Source of the DNA: a bacterium
Lineage (GTDB): Bacteria > Zhuqueibacterota > Zhuqueibacteria > Residuimicrobiales > Krinioviventaceae
DNA: 64,000 nucleotides
Direction: 5' to 3'
NCBI GenBank assembly: GCA_963675755.2
Contig: CAXXMD010000001.1
Location: forward strand, 326,049 to 390,048
Both the position numbers and the translations under genes were made by a program. This document shows, piece after piece, positions 1-15,907 of the stretch (the first letter of the stretch is position 1; the number at the start of each line of letters is the position of its first letter). The notes under the pieces were generated by a model. The model was not told where the DNA came from, ran no database searches, and worked only from the letters and a program-made list of their open reading frames with translations.

Positions 1-1
1 C

Positions 2-1849
2 CATGGAGAGTTTTATATAGCCGCACTGGCAACCGCACTGGAAGCATTTAAAGGATATGTACCGGATGAAAAATATAATATCTGGCATGAACGCCTGCAA
101 ACTCCATTACTTGAGGTAATTGAAGGATATGGTTCACACCTGAACAATTGGCGAACCTATGCTATGAAAGGAGAGTGGTTGCGGGCCAAGTCTGGGTTAA
201 CACCTAAAAATCAAATGTATGATTTTATAGAGTATTCCTGGAATCATCAGTCCCAGTTTGAAAAGATAGTAATGGACAAGTGGAATCTGTACCAGGACTG
301 GAGTAGTGATCCGCAATCCTTGGCGGTAGAAGCTGTGGGACGTGGTAATCTGGTTGGATTGTTATGTAGCGGTTATGATGGTGCTTCTGCTAAAGAGATG
401 ATGGATGCCATCAAGCGCGGTACCCAAACAAGCCTGTTGTTAATGAGTCCCGATGGGCAATGTCCCCCCAATGGTCGTACAGATGATCATGTGTTCAATG
501 ATGTTCTCTATCAGCTTATTTATGAAGCCATGGCAGAGACCGCTTTAAAAGATGGTGATACCCGATTAGCCGGACAATACCGCCGTGCCGCTATGATGTG
601 TTTTGACAGCATTAAACGCTGGAAACGCAGTGATGGCAAATGGGCCGGCTCATATACAATTACCAAAAACCATTTTGATGTTGATGATCGTGTAGGGTAT
701 CAGCCGGCAAGTCAATGGGGCAACTATAACGGTGCGTTAATTTTTCATCTGGCAGAGGCTGCTCATGCTCGTCAAAGTGATATTGAAGAAATTGCCACAC
801 CTACCGAGATCGGCGGATATGCTATTACTACGGATCCCCGTTTTGCCACATTTACTGCAAATGCAGGGGGGATGCAGGTTTTTATCAATACGCGTGGAAA
901 CGATGTTCCCAAATATGATGTTTACTGGGCGCCTTTGGGAGGCGTTCGATTCAGCAGAGTTGGTTGGGACAGCCGTTTGGGACCGTCTGATGGTGTATTC
1001 CTGGTCTCAGGCAAAAAAGACGGATCGCGTATTCCTACTGATATGAGCGCTATTCCCGGTGGTGCGGGACAAGGCGTAACTTTTGGTCCAGCCTGGTTTA
1101 CCAAAGGCAAATGGTTTACTGTAGCTGATCTGCCGCAGCATTATCGGGCAACACCTGTAGTCGAGTTTGTTCATCCTCTACTCGTCAGGTTTACATTGAC
1201 TTACAGTACCATTACCGGCCATGACGCGCTTATGTTCAGACAGCATTTTACGGTTACTCCGGATGGTGTTCTGATTAAAATGCATGCTGTGCAGGATATC
1301 CCCAATGCTATGATGATCCCCATTCTGGAAAACGATGGCCGATCTTTGGATGTTCAAATTACCCCGGAAATCATCAGTACAGCATATGATCGCAATGGTG
1401 ACGAGCAGAATTTTATCAATCTTTCAAAGTCTGTGGAACTGGATACCTCTCGCATATCCTTGCAAAGTACCTATGGCTGGTTAAAACCGGTCATTACATT
1501 AACTCAAAAAGAAGAGAATATATTATTTGTTTATCCGCGTTCGGCAACGGACCCTGCTGCAGTTAAGGTGAGAGAGAGTTTTGCAGTTTCTAATAATGGA
1601 TTCGAATCTGAGCTTGGCAGAGTGGATGGTGATCTTTACATTGGCCGTACTTCTGCCGGCGGTGTAGGCGATGCAATTGATTTGGATGGTAATGGAAGTA
1701 AAGATGTATCATTCAGTGAATCATGCGGGTTTGTATTGCAATTGTCTAACAACAAGGTTAAAGCTGTAGAAACAGATAAACCGGTGACCATGCAGTATAA
1801 AGGTAAAAGCTATAAATTGGAAGCATTTTCACCATTGATATTGAACTGA
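2..1849 (+). CDS. Hypothetical protein, 5' end outside the window; possibly carbohydrate-active
   Basis: Frame is open from base 2 through the listed ATG at 164 to TGA at 1849. No motif confidently recognised; CAZyme-rich context. Confidence 0.6.
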   Translation, partial: HGEFYIAALATALEAFKGYVPDEKYNIWHERLQTPLLEVIEGYGSHLNNWRTYAMKGEWLRAKSGLTPKNQMYDFIEYSWNHQSQFEKIVMDKWNLYQDWSSDPQSLAVEAVGRGNLVGLLCSGYDGASAKEMMDAIKRGTQTSLLLMSPDGQCPPNGRTDDHVFNDVLYQLIYEAMAETALKDGDTRLAGQYRRAAMMCFDSIKRWKRSDGKWAGSYTITKNHFDVDDRVGYQPASQWGNYNGALIFHLAEAAHARQSDIEEIATPTEIGGYAITTDPRFATFTANAGGMQVFINTRGNDVPKYDVYWAPLGGVRFSRVGWDSRLGPSDGVFLVSGKKDGSRIPTDMSAIPGGAGQGVTFGPAWFTKGKWFTVADLPQHYRATPVVEFVHPLLVRFTLTYSTITGHDALMFRQHFTVTPDGVLIKMHAVQDIPNAMMIPILENDGRSLDVQITPEIISTAYDRNGDEQNFINLSKSVELDTSRISLQSTYGWLKPVITLTQKEENILFVYPRSATDPAAVKVRESFAVSNNGFESELGRVDGDLYIGRTSAGGVGDAIDLDGNGSKDVSFSESCGFVLQLSNNKVKAVETDKPVTMQYKGKSYKLEAFSPLILN

Positions 1850-1866
1850 TAACCTGTCATTTACTG

Positions 1867-1895
1867 TTGCATTTGAAAATTTATATCCTTATATT
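1867..1895 (+). promoter_or_regulatory. Sigma70-like promoter of the tRNA
   Basis: TTGCAT(1867-72)-N17-TATATT(1890-95), just upstream of the tRNA start at 1908. Confidence 0.55.
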
Positions 1896-1907
1896 TTCTG
1901 TTGCAAT

Positions 1908-1981
1908 GCGCCAGTAGCTCAATAGGATAGAGCGTTAGCCTCCGGAGCTAAAGGTTGTGGGTTCGATTCCCGCCTGGCGTA
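1908..1981 (+). tRNA. tRNA-Arg(CCG)
   Basis: Acceptor stem GCGCCAG/CTGGCGT, D-arm TAGCTCAATAGGATAGAGC, anticodon arm TTAGC-CTCCGGA-GCTAA, T-loop GGTTCGATTCC. CCA not encoded. Confidence 0.96.
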
Positions 1982-1982
1982 C

Positions 1983-2012
1983 AAAAGCCCCTGTATTATG
2001 CAGGGGCTTTTT
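1983..2012 (+). terminator. Intrinsic terminator after the tRNA
   Basis: AAAAGCCCCTGTA-TTA-TGCAGGGGCTTTTTT hairpin plus T-tract. Confidence 0.85.
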
Positions 2013-2250
2013 TCGTTTTATCTTCATGTTTCCTAATCAATCTATTATCAAAACAAAATTTTTGAAATATCTAATTGATTATTACCCAAAGGGCTTGTCT
2101 TTTTTTACCATTTTTACAGTATAATACCTCTTTTATTGAAAAAATATAGAATATTTTTTTTTTCGTATAGGGGTATGGAGGATGTTTATTGTATTATAAT
2201 TGATAGAATTGTATGATTAAAAGAGAATAAATTTTCTGGTTCTTTACGAG

Positions 2251-4263
2251 GTGAAAATGAAATCCTATACAAAACTTTTTATATTATCAATGGTGCTTTT
2301 TAGTTTTACATGTTTTGCACAGGACAAAAATGAAACTGAAATTACTGTACATGTTGACAGTATTGCCGGATATATTGATGCAAATATTTATGGCCAGTTT
2401 GCTGAACACCTCGGAAGTTGTATTTATGGTGGAATTTGGGTTGGCGAGGACTCGTCCATTCCTAATACACGTGGAATACGAAATGATGTAATTGAAGCCT
2501 TGATAAAATTAAAGGTTCCTGTATTACGTTGGCCCGGTGGCTGTTTTGCTGATGAATACCACTGGATGGATGGAATTGGTCCCAGAAAAGACAGACCTGA
2601 AATGGTCAACACCAACTGGGGTGGAGTAGTTGAAGACAATAGTTTTGGAACACACGAGTTTCTGGATCTCTGTGAGATCATTGGTGCAGAACCCTATATT
2701 GCCGGAAATGTAGGAAGCGGCACTGTAGAGGAATTTTCAAAATGGGTTGAATATACTACATTTGATGGTAAAAGCCCAATGGCTAATCTTCGACGGGAAA
2801 ACGGCAGAGATAAACCCTGGAAAGTCAAATACTGGGGTATAGGTAATGAAAGCTGGGGCTGTGGTGGACGTATGCACCCTGATTATTATTCCGATCTGGC
2901 AAGACGGTATTCGACTTTTGTCAAGAATTACGGTGATAATCAGGTTTTTAAAATCGCTTCAGGACCCAATGTGACGGATTCTGTGTGGACCGATGTTGTT
3001 ATGAAACAGGCAGGTGATGTTATTAATGGTCTTGCGCTTCATTATTATACCAACAATAACAGTCCGGCTTCAGATTTTACAGAAAGCGGTTGGTTTGATG
3101 TCATCCAAAAAACGCTAAGAATGGATGAAATTATAAACATGCATGCAGCTATTATGGATAAATATGATCCTGAAAAAAGAGTTGCATTGGTTGTTGATGA
3201 ATGGGGTACCTGGCATCGGGTTGAACCGGGCACGAATCCGGCATTTTTGTATCAACAAAATACCATGAGAGATGCGATTGTAGCTGCAAGTAATTTGAAT
3301 ATATTTCACAAGCATTGTGACCGGGTGAAAATGACCAATATTGCACAAATGATTAATGTTTTGCAGGCTATGATCCTTACGGATGATGAGAAAATGGTAT
3401 TAACTCCTACCTATCATGTTTTTGAAATGTTTAATAAACATCAGGATGCTATAAGTTTAAAAATAGATGTTAAATCTGTAAACTATGTTATGGAGAAAGC
3501 TTCCATTCCTGCCGTAAATGCATCTGTGTCTCTTAATTCTCAAGGTAAACTTTTAATCTCATTATGTAATGTTGATCCCAATAATTCAGAAATAGTGAAA
3601 ATTAAAACAAACAGCTTTCGAAATGAAAATATCAAAGCTCGGATATTGACATCTGAAAAGATGAATGCTCTTAATTCTTTTCAGCAACCTGAAACGGTGA
3701 TTCCTAAAGAATTCAAGGATTTCAAACTTTCTAAAGACAATTTGATAGTAAATATGCCGGCAAAATCAGTTATAGTTTTAGAAGTAGAAGGGAAACTGGA
3801 TTCGAAAATTGGTAATCCGTTAAAAGTTGAAAATCCCCAGCCAAAGTTAAATTATACCTATTACAAGGGAGTGCTTTATTCATTAGCAGGTCTTGATGAT
3901 ATTGAAATAGTGCGAAAAGGATTCATTGAGCAGATTAAAATCCCGGAAGAAAATTCAGGTGGTGATTTTGCAGTGAGTTTTTCCGGATATATAAATATAG
4001 AAAAAGATGGATTTTATACTTTTTACATCAATGCGGATGATGGTGCAAACTTTTATATTGATGGAAAATTAATTGTCAATAACGATGGCAGACATGCACC
4101 TATTGAGGCGAGAGGATTTACCTCGTTGAAAAAAGGATATCACAAGATAGAGTCTAAGTTTTTCCAGGCTGGTGGTGGTATGGTATATGATGTAAGTATT
4201 GAAGGTCCGGGATTGGAGAAAAAACTAATACCCTCGAGTATGTTGTTTCATGAAAATAAATAA
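2251..4263 (+). CDS. Secreted GH51 alpha-L-arabinofuranosidase with a C-terminal PA14 domain
   Basis: [31 protein letters not shown] and VDEWGTW GH51 motifs; signal peptide; PA14-like tail (FYINADDGA...NNDGRH). Confidence 0.9.
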   Translation: MKMKSYTKLFILSMVLFSFTCFAQDKNETEITVHVDSIAGYIDANIYGQFAEHLGSCIYGGIWVGEDSSIPNTRGIRNDVIEALIKLKVPVLRWPGGCFADEYHWMDGIGPRKDRPEMVNTNWGGVVEDNSFGTHEFLDLCEIIGAEPYIAGNVGSGTVEEFSKWVEYTTFDGKSPMANLRRENGRDKPWKVKYWGIGNESWGCGGRMHPDYYSDLARRYSTFVKNYGDNQVFKIASGPNVTDSVWTDVVMKQAGDVINGLALHYYTNNNSPASDFTESGWFDVIQKTLRMDEIINMHAAIMDKYDPEKRVALVVDEWGTWHRVEPGTNPAFLYQQNTMRDAIVAASNLNIFHKHCDRVKMTNIAQMINVLQAMILTDDEKMVLTPTYHVFEMFNKHQDAISLKIDVKSVNYVMEKASIPAVNASVSLNSQGKLLISLCNVDPNNSEIVKIKTNSFRNENIKARILTSEKMNALNSFQQPETVIPKEFKDFKLSKDNLIVNMPAKSVIVLEVEGKLDSKIGNPLKVENPQPKLNYTYYKGVLYSLAGLDDIEIVRKGFIEQIKIPEENSGGDFAVSFSGYINIEKDGFYTFYINADDGANFYIDGKLIVNNDGRHAPIEARGFTSLKKGYHKIESKFFQAGGGMVYDVSIEGPGLEKKLIPSSMLFHENK

Positions 4264-4467
4264 ACAGGATTTTTTATATACATAAATATTTGATGTCTAT
4301 CAAATTTCGCCTGAGAAAAGCTTCTACTGACAATGAGAAAATCTCTCACTGTAAACTCCCTTTTCTCAGGCGTTTTTATTTCTGATAGGTAGTAAAGCAT
4401 TTTTGTGTTTTAGGTATACGTCTTGTCAGAATTTTTGTTTTTTATATTTATGTAGATTATAAATAGT

Positions 4468-4498
4468 AATCCCCAATCTTGAAAAAGATTGGGGATTC
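4468..4498. terminator. Hairpin between convergent genes
   Basis: AATCCCCAATCTT-GAA-AAGATTGGGGATT inverted repeat. Confidence 0.65.
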
Positions 4499-4529
4499 AC
4501 TCTTGAATAAATATCCCTATTGCTAATAT

Positions 4530-5084
4530 TTATTTAGTAGCAAAAGAATCATGAAACAATTTATCGATCGCTTTTTTACCATCATCATCCAGGTTGCGGG
4601 TTCCTGTTACTGCAATTGTTTTATGGCAGATTTTGGGTTCATCTGTAATCCATTCGTTATTTTCCCAGGTAATCCATTCTCTACGCTCAAGATCATAAAC
4701 ATGAATTGGCCGATTAAACAGTTTAGCCAATTCTACTCCCCAACCGGTACCTCCACGAATTGTATTATTCGATAGCAACCAGCCCACGGCAAACAATTGA
4801 TATCCATTGTTGATCACATGAAATATGGTCTGAAATATTTTTCTCATTGTATCTGTTTGTGCAAAAGTACGTTCCATATGCTTATTCACAATTGCAAGAC
4901 TAATATTGCCAAGAGAGAGTTCTTCATCTGAAAGTATTTTCAATCCACGTTCACGTACAATTTCATGATCTTTGAAATTAAATGTAACTTCATTCATTTT
5001 CCATTTCTCAGAACATATACCAAAATACTCTTCTGTTCCTTTGTGACCCGAAGTGTAAACGGTACATTCAGTAGCTTTAAACAT
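4530..5084 (-). CDS. Hypothetical protein, SLOG/DprA-like Rossmann fold
   Basis: GGTGWGVELAKLFNRPIHVYD and IAVTGTR motifs. Likely start is the ATG at 5084 after AGGAG (ORF track start 5123). Confidence 0.6.
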   Translation of the reverse strand: MFKATECTVYTSGHKGTEEYFGICSEKWKMNEVTFNFKDHEIVRERGLKILSDEELSLGNISLAIVNKHMERTFAQTDTMRKIFQTIFHVINNGYQLFAVGWLLSNNTIRGGTGWGVELAKLFNRPIHVYDLERREWITWENNEWITDEPKICHKTIAVTGTRNLDDDGKKAIDKLFHDSFATK

Positions 5085-5426
5085 AGGTGCTCCTATTATA
5101 TTCAAGTAATTTGATGTTTCCATTTATTAATTATTCAATATTAGCAACAATTTAACTGTTATTAATATTTACCAAATTGTTGCAATTTATCATATTTAAA
5201 AGTAAAATTCAAATAAAAGATGCTCTTTTCAGTTTTTTTTACTCCCAAGAATTTAAATTTAAAGAATTATTTCAAAATATTGATTCTCTTGTTTGGATTT
5301 GCTATTTTAAACAGGAAGTAAAAAGTTTGTTTTCAACATACCATTATTAAATGCTCCCTGAAAAAACTGCCGGATAAATGAAAAACAACAGTATCAATAC
5401 ACTGTTCAATGAAAACGGATTAGAAT

Positions 5427-6545
5427 ATGAAAAGATTGATTTGTTTACCCGTTTTGATACTTTTTCTTTTTTGTAATAAACAACCTGGAGAACTCCTGCA
5501 AACAGTCTCTGAATCCCGGATGCAGGAGATTTACGAGCTGGTAAAAACGCCGTATAAATATGAATTGATCCTCGTACCGGACAGTAATGCCTACAAGATG
5601 GATTGTCCTACCATATTTCGTCATGATAATCATTGGGTTATGACCTATATTGTTTTTGATGGCCGCGGTTATGAAACACATCTCGCGCAAAGTGGGGATT
5701 TGATACAGTGGGATCTGCTGGGACCCATCATGCAGTTTTCTGACACTACCGACTGGGATGTAAACCAGAAAGCAGGTTATCCTGCACTCATCGATTATGA
5801 ATGGGGCGGCAATTATACGATAAACACTTTTGACAACAAATACTGGATGAGCTATTTTGGCGGGGATTCGAGAGGATATGAGAGAGGATTACTCTCTATT
5901 GGTATAGCATTTACAGAAAAGAATCCTTCAGAACAACACCAATGGACGCGACTCAAAAAGTCGGTGTTAATGTCAACCGATACTGATGCGCGCTGGTATG
6001 ATAATTATACCATGTACAAAAGCTCGGTGATTGAGGATAAAGAACGTCTGACCGGACATCAATTTGCTATGTATTACAATGCCAAAGGTGACAGCCTGAA
6101 TCCTCAAAGAGGGGCTGAGCGTATTAGCATGGCAGTGTCTGATGATATGGTCAATTGGAAAAGATACGGCAATGAACCATTGATCAATCACCATAAAGGG
6201 ATTTGCGGGGACGCTGTGATTCAAAAAATTGATGATCTGTATATCATGTTTTATTTCGGAGCGTTCTGGCCCGATCAGGAAGCCAAAGCTTTTAACCGGT
6301 TTGCTTGTTCATATGATCTTGTACATTGGACCGAATGGACCGGTCCCCATTTGATTGAACCTTCAGAACCGTTTGATAATCTCTTTGCTCATAAATCCTG
6401 TGTGATAAAATCAGATGATATTGTATATCATTTTTACAACGCAGTTGATACACTCGGTAACCGGGGTATTGCCTTGGCTACATCAAAAGATTTGGGCAAG
6501 AGTAATTTGAAATTTAACTCTCTACAAGAATCATTAATAAAATAA
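5427..6545 (+). CDS. Five-bladed beta-propeller glycosidase, GH137-like beta-L-arabinofuranosidase; probable lipoprotein
   Basis: MQEIYELVKTPYKY, DCPTIFR, GRGYET and WDVNQKAGYPAL resemble my recollection of the GH137 domain of B. thetaiotaomicron BT0996; LFLFC lipobox-like signal. Confidence 0.7.
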   Translation: MKRLICLPVLILFLFCNKQPGELLQTVSESRMQEIYELVKTPYKYELILVPDSNAYKMDCPTIFRHDNHWVMTYIVFDGRGYETHLAQSGDLIQWDLLGPIMQFSDTTDWDVNQKAGYPALIDYEWGGNYTINTFDNKYWMSYFGGDSRGYERGLLSIGIAFTEKNPSEQHQWTRLKKSVLMSTDTDARWYDNYTMYKSSVIEDKERLTGHQFAMYYNAKGDSLNPQRGAERISMAVSDDMVNWKRYGNEPLINHHKGICGDAVIQKIDDLYIMFYFGAFWPDQEAKAFNRFACSYDLVHWTEWTGPHLIEPSEPFDNLFAHKSCVIKSDDIVYHFYNAVDTLGNRGIALATSKDLGKSNLKFNSLQESLIK

Positions 6546-6551
6546 CGAGTC

Positions 6552-12315
<5,764 letters not shown>

Positions 12316-12384
12316 TTACGAGTTGATTTGTAAATCCCGGAGTGGTGGATTATTGAAAGAAATATATAAATTTATCATCACGAT

Positions 12385-15300
12385 TTGTTTAGTATCTCTG
12401 CTTTTTTTACGGCTTGTCAGAATACAGGATCTGTTCCCATTGCAGACTCTGTGGATGCCACTCCCTGGAGTTACTGGTATTGGATGCATGGGGCCATCAG
12501 CAAGGCAGCTATTACTGCCGATCTTGAAGCTATGAAAAAAGTCGGCATGACAGGCACCTATATCTTTTCAATTCGTGATATTGCTGATCCGGAATTATAC
12601 CCATCTGCTGTAAAAACCTTGAGCCCGGAGTGGTGGGAGTATATCCGTTTTGCGGCCAGTGAAGCCAAACGGCTGGATATGGAATTGGGATTCAATGCCT
12701 GTGATGGATTTACCTGTGCGGGCGGACCGTGGATAACCCCTGAAATGTCCATGCAGAAATTAACCTGGGCGGATACAGTTGTCTCTGGCGGACGTTTGTT
12801 TTCTGCTAAATTGCCTCAGCCCGTGACCTTGCAAAATTATTATAATGATATAGCGGTTTTTGCCTATCCTGCTCTCCCCGGGGCGGGTATGAATTCGTGG
12901 AAGAACCGTCCCACTGTTACCAACAGCATGACAGACCAAAAGGTCCAGTACCTGGCTGATCCTGATAATGAGCAATTATTCACCAGTACGCAGCCGGGAT
13001 GGATCCAGTTTTCTTTTGATGCACCCTTAACCTGCCGTTCAATCCAAATCAAAACCGGCTGGAACAACTACCAGTCCAATCGATTGATTATAGAAACCAG
13101 TAATGATGGAGTTCAGTTTAAAAGACATACCCGTCTGGTCCCGCCGCGCAGTGGCTGGCAGGATCTGGACGCGGACAATACCCAACTCATTCAACCCGTA
13201 ACTGCAAAATATTATCGGTTTGTTTTTGATCCCGCAGGCTCTGAACCCGGTGCCGAAGATCTGGATGATGCCAAATGGGAACCCACTTTGCGATTATATG
13301 GAATCGGACTTTTATCCGAAGCTAAAATACATCAATATGAAGGCAAAAATGGTTCTATATGGCGGGTAGCGGACCGGTCGGATGATGGTTTGCTTCAGGA
13401 TTCACTTTGTGTGGATTTGGAAAAGCTAATAAATATCAGCGAGAATCTTGAACCCGATGGTACATTGAACTGGCAGGTCCCGGAAGGGGATTGGGTTATT
13501 TTACGCATAGGGCACACCTCAACCGGACATGAAAATTATGTTGGCGGTGGCGGTAAGGGCCTGGAATGCGATAAATTAAATCCTGATATTGTGCGCTTTC
13601 AATTTGATCAGTGGTTTGGTGAGATAAATCGTCAATTGGGAGAGGATTTATCTGATGTAATCACCCGCTTTCATGTAGACAGTTGGGAGTGCGGCAGTCA
13701 GAACTGGTCTTCTGTGATGCGAAATGAATTTAAAAAACGCAGGGGATATGATATTTTTGACGTTTTACCAGTGATGGCCGGGGTACCGATTGATAATGCG
13801 GAAACCTCTGAACGGATTTTATATGATATACGCACAACGGTTGCAGAACTATTTGCGGATAATTTTTATAAAACATTTTACGAGGAATGCCAAAATAAAG
13901 GCGTTCTGTTTTCTGCTGAAAGTGATGCACCTGTGGGAGTGGGAGACGGGATGCTGCATTTCAAATATACAGACCTTCCCATGGGAGAATACTGGTTCAG
14001 GAGTCCGTCTCATGATAAACCCAACGATATTCTGGACGCGGTATCGGGGGCGCATATTTATGGTAAAAAGATCGTCCAGGCTGAGAGTTTTACCGAGTTG
14101 CGGTTGGATTGGGATGAAATACCGGCCATGTTGAAACCGCTGGCGGACCGTAATTTCGCTTTGGGCATTAACAAAATAGTTGCACATGTGTTCACCCTGA
14201 ATCCCTGGATGGACCGGGTACCCGGAATGACGCTGGACAGGATTGGCAGCTATTTGCAGCGGGACCAGGTTTGGTGGGATTTCAGCTATGCGTTTTGGAA
14301 TTATATTGAAAATTGTCAAAAGTGGCTGCAAAAGGGCGATCCGGTTGTGGATATTGCTGTGTTTACCGGTGAAGAGGTTCCGCGTCGAGCTGTATTGCCG
14401 GATAAGTTGGTTGATTTCCTTCCCGGAATTATGGGACAGGAACGCATAAAGTGTGAAAAAATGAGACTGGAGAATAAAGAGTTTCCCCTGCATTCGATGC
14501 CGGATGGCGTTACCGTTTCGACAAATATCGCAGACCCTGAAAAATGGATTGATCCCTTGAACGGCTATAGTTATGACTCGATCAATCGAGATGCGCTGCT
14601 CAATCTGGCTAAAGTAGAGGATGGTAAAATCGTTTTGCCGGGAGGTGCAAGCTATTCCATTTTGATTGTGCCGGGTAAGCGCAAGCTTGCTCCCCACGGT
14701 GGAGAGCGCATGAGTGTAGAGATCGCAGAAAAACTGGCAGAACTGGTCCGGAATGGAGCTACGGTATTGTGGATGGAAAAACCTCAGGGGACGCTGGGAT
14801 ATAAGCAGAGTGACAGTGATGCACTATTACAGAGTATCATTTCTGGACTATTATCAGAGAATTCCCGGAATCATGATACACATCTCCTTTGGGGACCATA
14901 CAAGCTGGAAACGTTTTCGCAATTGGGAGTGGAAAAGGATTTCGTTGCTAGTAATTCAAACGGGAATCTAAAAGGCAAACTAGCCTGGAACCATCGACAT
15001 GATAAAGATACCGATATCTATTTTATAGCCAATCAAACGGATGAAACGTTTCAAGCCGATATGAGTTTCCGGGTGTCAGGTAAAGTACCGGTTTTTTATG
15101 ATCCCTTGAATGATGTATATATAAAATGTCAATCCTGGCAGCAGGTGGGTAATCGTATTGAAGTGTATTATGAATTTCATCCCAATAGCTCTGTTTTTGT
15201 CCTGTTTAATGATGAAACTACAATATCGAATACGATTGAAGATCTGGTACCTTCTCAAACCGCACTCTCTGTAACGGGTCCCTGGACCCTGAGCTTTGAT

Positions 15301-15738
15301 CCTGGTTTGGGTGGACCGGAATCTCCAATATATTTGGACAAATTGCAGGATTTGAGCATAAATCCCGATGATAATATTCGATACTATTCAGGTATTGTTA
15401 CCTATCAAACCCGGTTCAACTGGAATGGCAATTCCAATCAACCTGTTTGGCTTGATCTGGGAAAGGTTCACAACGTCGCTCGTGTTCAGTTGAACGGGGA
15501 AACCGCAGGTGTCTGCTGGACGCTACCGAATCGCTTACGCATTGATAAATACTTAAAGCCGGGCATCAATCAGTTAGAGATAGAGGTTGCCAATACCTGG
15601 CACAATCGATTGATTGGAGATCATTCACTGCCCGAGAGTGAGCGTATCTCCTGGACCACCGCACCCTACAGATTAGAGGGAAAACCGTTGTTGAAATCCG
15701 GTTTGCTGGGCCCTGTCAGCATTCAGGTTGTGAAATAA
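12385..15738 (+). CDS. GH106 alpha-L-rhamnosidase; N-terminus possibly frameshifted, true start may be 12353
   Basis: PWSYWYWMHG..ITADLEAMK, GLECDKL, HVDSWECGSQNW, QAESFT and EVANTWHNRLIGD motifs typical of GH106. Confidence 0.88.
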   Translation: MFSISAFFTACQNTGSVPIADSVDATPWSYWYWMHGAISKAAITADLEAMKKVGMTGTYIFSIRDIADPELYPSAVKTLSPEWWEYIRFAASEAKRLDMELGFNACDGFTCAGGPWITPEMSMQKLTWADTVVSGGRLFSAKLPQPVTLQNYYNDIAVFAYPALPGAGMNSWKNRPTVTNSMTDQKVQYLADPDNEQLFTSTQPGWIQFSFDAPLTCRSIQIKTGWNNYQSNRLIIETSNDGVQFKRHTRLVPPRSGWQDLDADNTQLIQPVTAKYYRFVFDPAGSEPGAEDLDDAKWEPTLRLYGIGLLSEAKIHQYEGKNGSIWRVADRSDDGLLQDSLCVDLEKLINISENLEPDGTLNWQVPEGDWVILRIGHTSTGHENYVGGGGKGLECDKLNPDIVRFQFDQWFGEINRQLGEDLSDVITRFHVDSWECGSQNWSSVMRNEFKKRRGYDIFDVLPVMAGVPIDNAETSERILYDIRTTVAELFADNFYKTFYEECQNKGVLFSAESDAPVGVGDGMLHFKYTDLPMGEYWFRSPSHDKPNDILDAVSGAHIYGKKIVQAESFTELRLDWDEIPAMLKPLADRNFALGINKIVAHVFTLNPWMDRVPGMTLDRIGSYLQRDQVWWDFSYAFWNYIENCQKWLQKGDPVVDIAVFTGEEVPRRAVLPDKLVDFLPGIMGQERIKCEKMRLENKEFPLHSMPDGVTVSTNIADPEKWIDPLNGYSYDSINRDALLNLAKVEDGKIVLPGGASYSILIVPGKRKLAPHGGERMSVEIAEKLAELVRNGATVLWMEKPQGTLGYKQSDSDALLQSIISGLLSENSRNHDTHLLWGPYKLETFSQLGVEKDFVASNSNGNLKGKLAWNHRHDKDTDIYFIANQTDETFQADMSFRVSGKVPVFYDPLNDVYIKCQSWQQVGNRIEVYYEFHPNSSVFVLFNDETTISNTIEDLVPSQTALSVTGPWTLSFDPGLGGPESPIYLDKLQDLSINPDDNIRYYSGIVTYQTRFNWNGNSNQPVWLDLGKVHNVARVQLNGETAGVCWTLPNRLRIDKYLKPGINQLEIEVANTWHNRLIGDHSLPESERISWTTAPYRLEGKPLLKSGLLGPVSIQVVK

Positions 15739-15907
15739 AGCTGCACTATTAAAAGTGCAATGTAATATTAAAAGTTATGCTGCTGTTATGATTGTGAAAT
15801 TTTTATTGCATTTCAAATTATGCTGTTTATCTTGAAATATATACTTTTTGTACATTTAATATTAAAATAATAAACTAAAATATTCTTGCGCTAAATGGAG
15901 TAGTGAT

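Noticed and set aside
1908-2250. tRNA-Arg as an island integration site
   Set aside because: No integrase and no duplicated tRNA 3' end seen in the window.
13849-14697. 282-aa minus-strand ORF
   Set aside because: Entirely antisense to GH106; no recognisable motifs.
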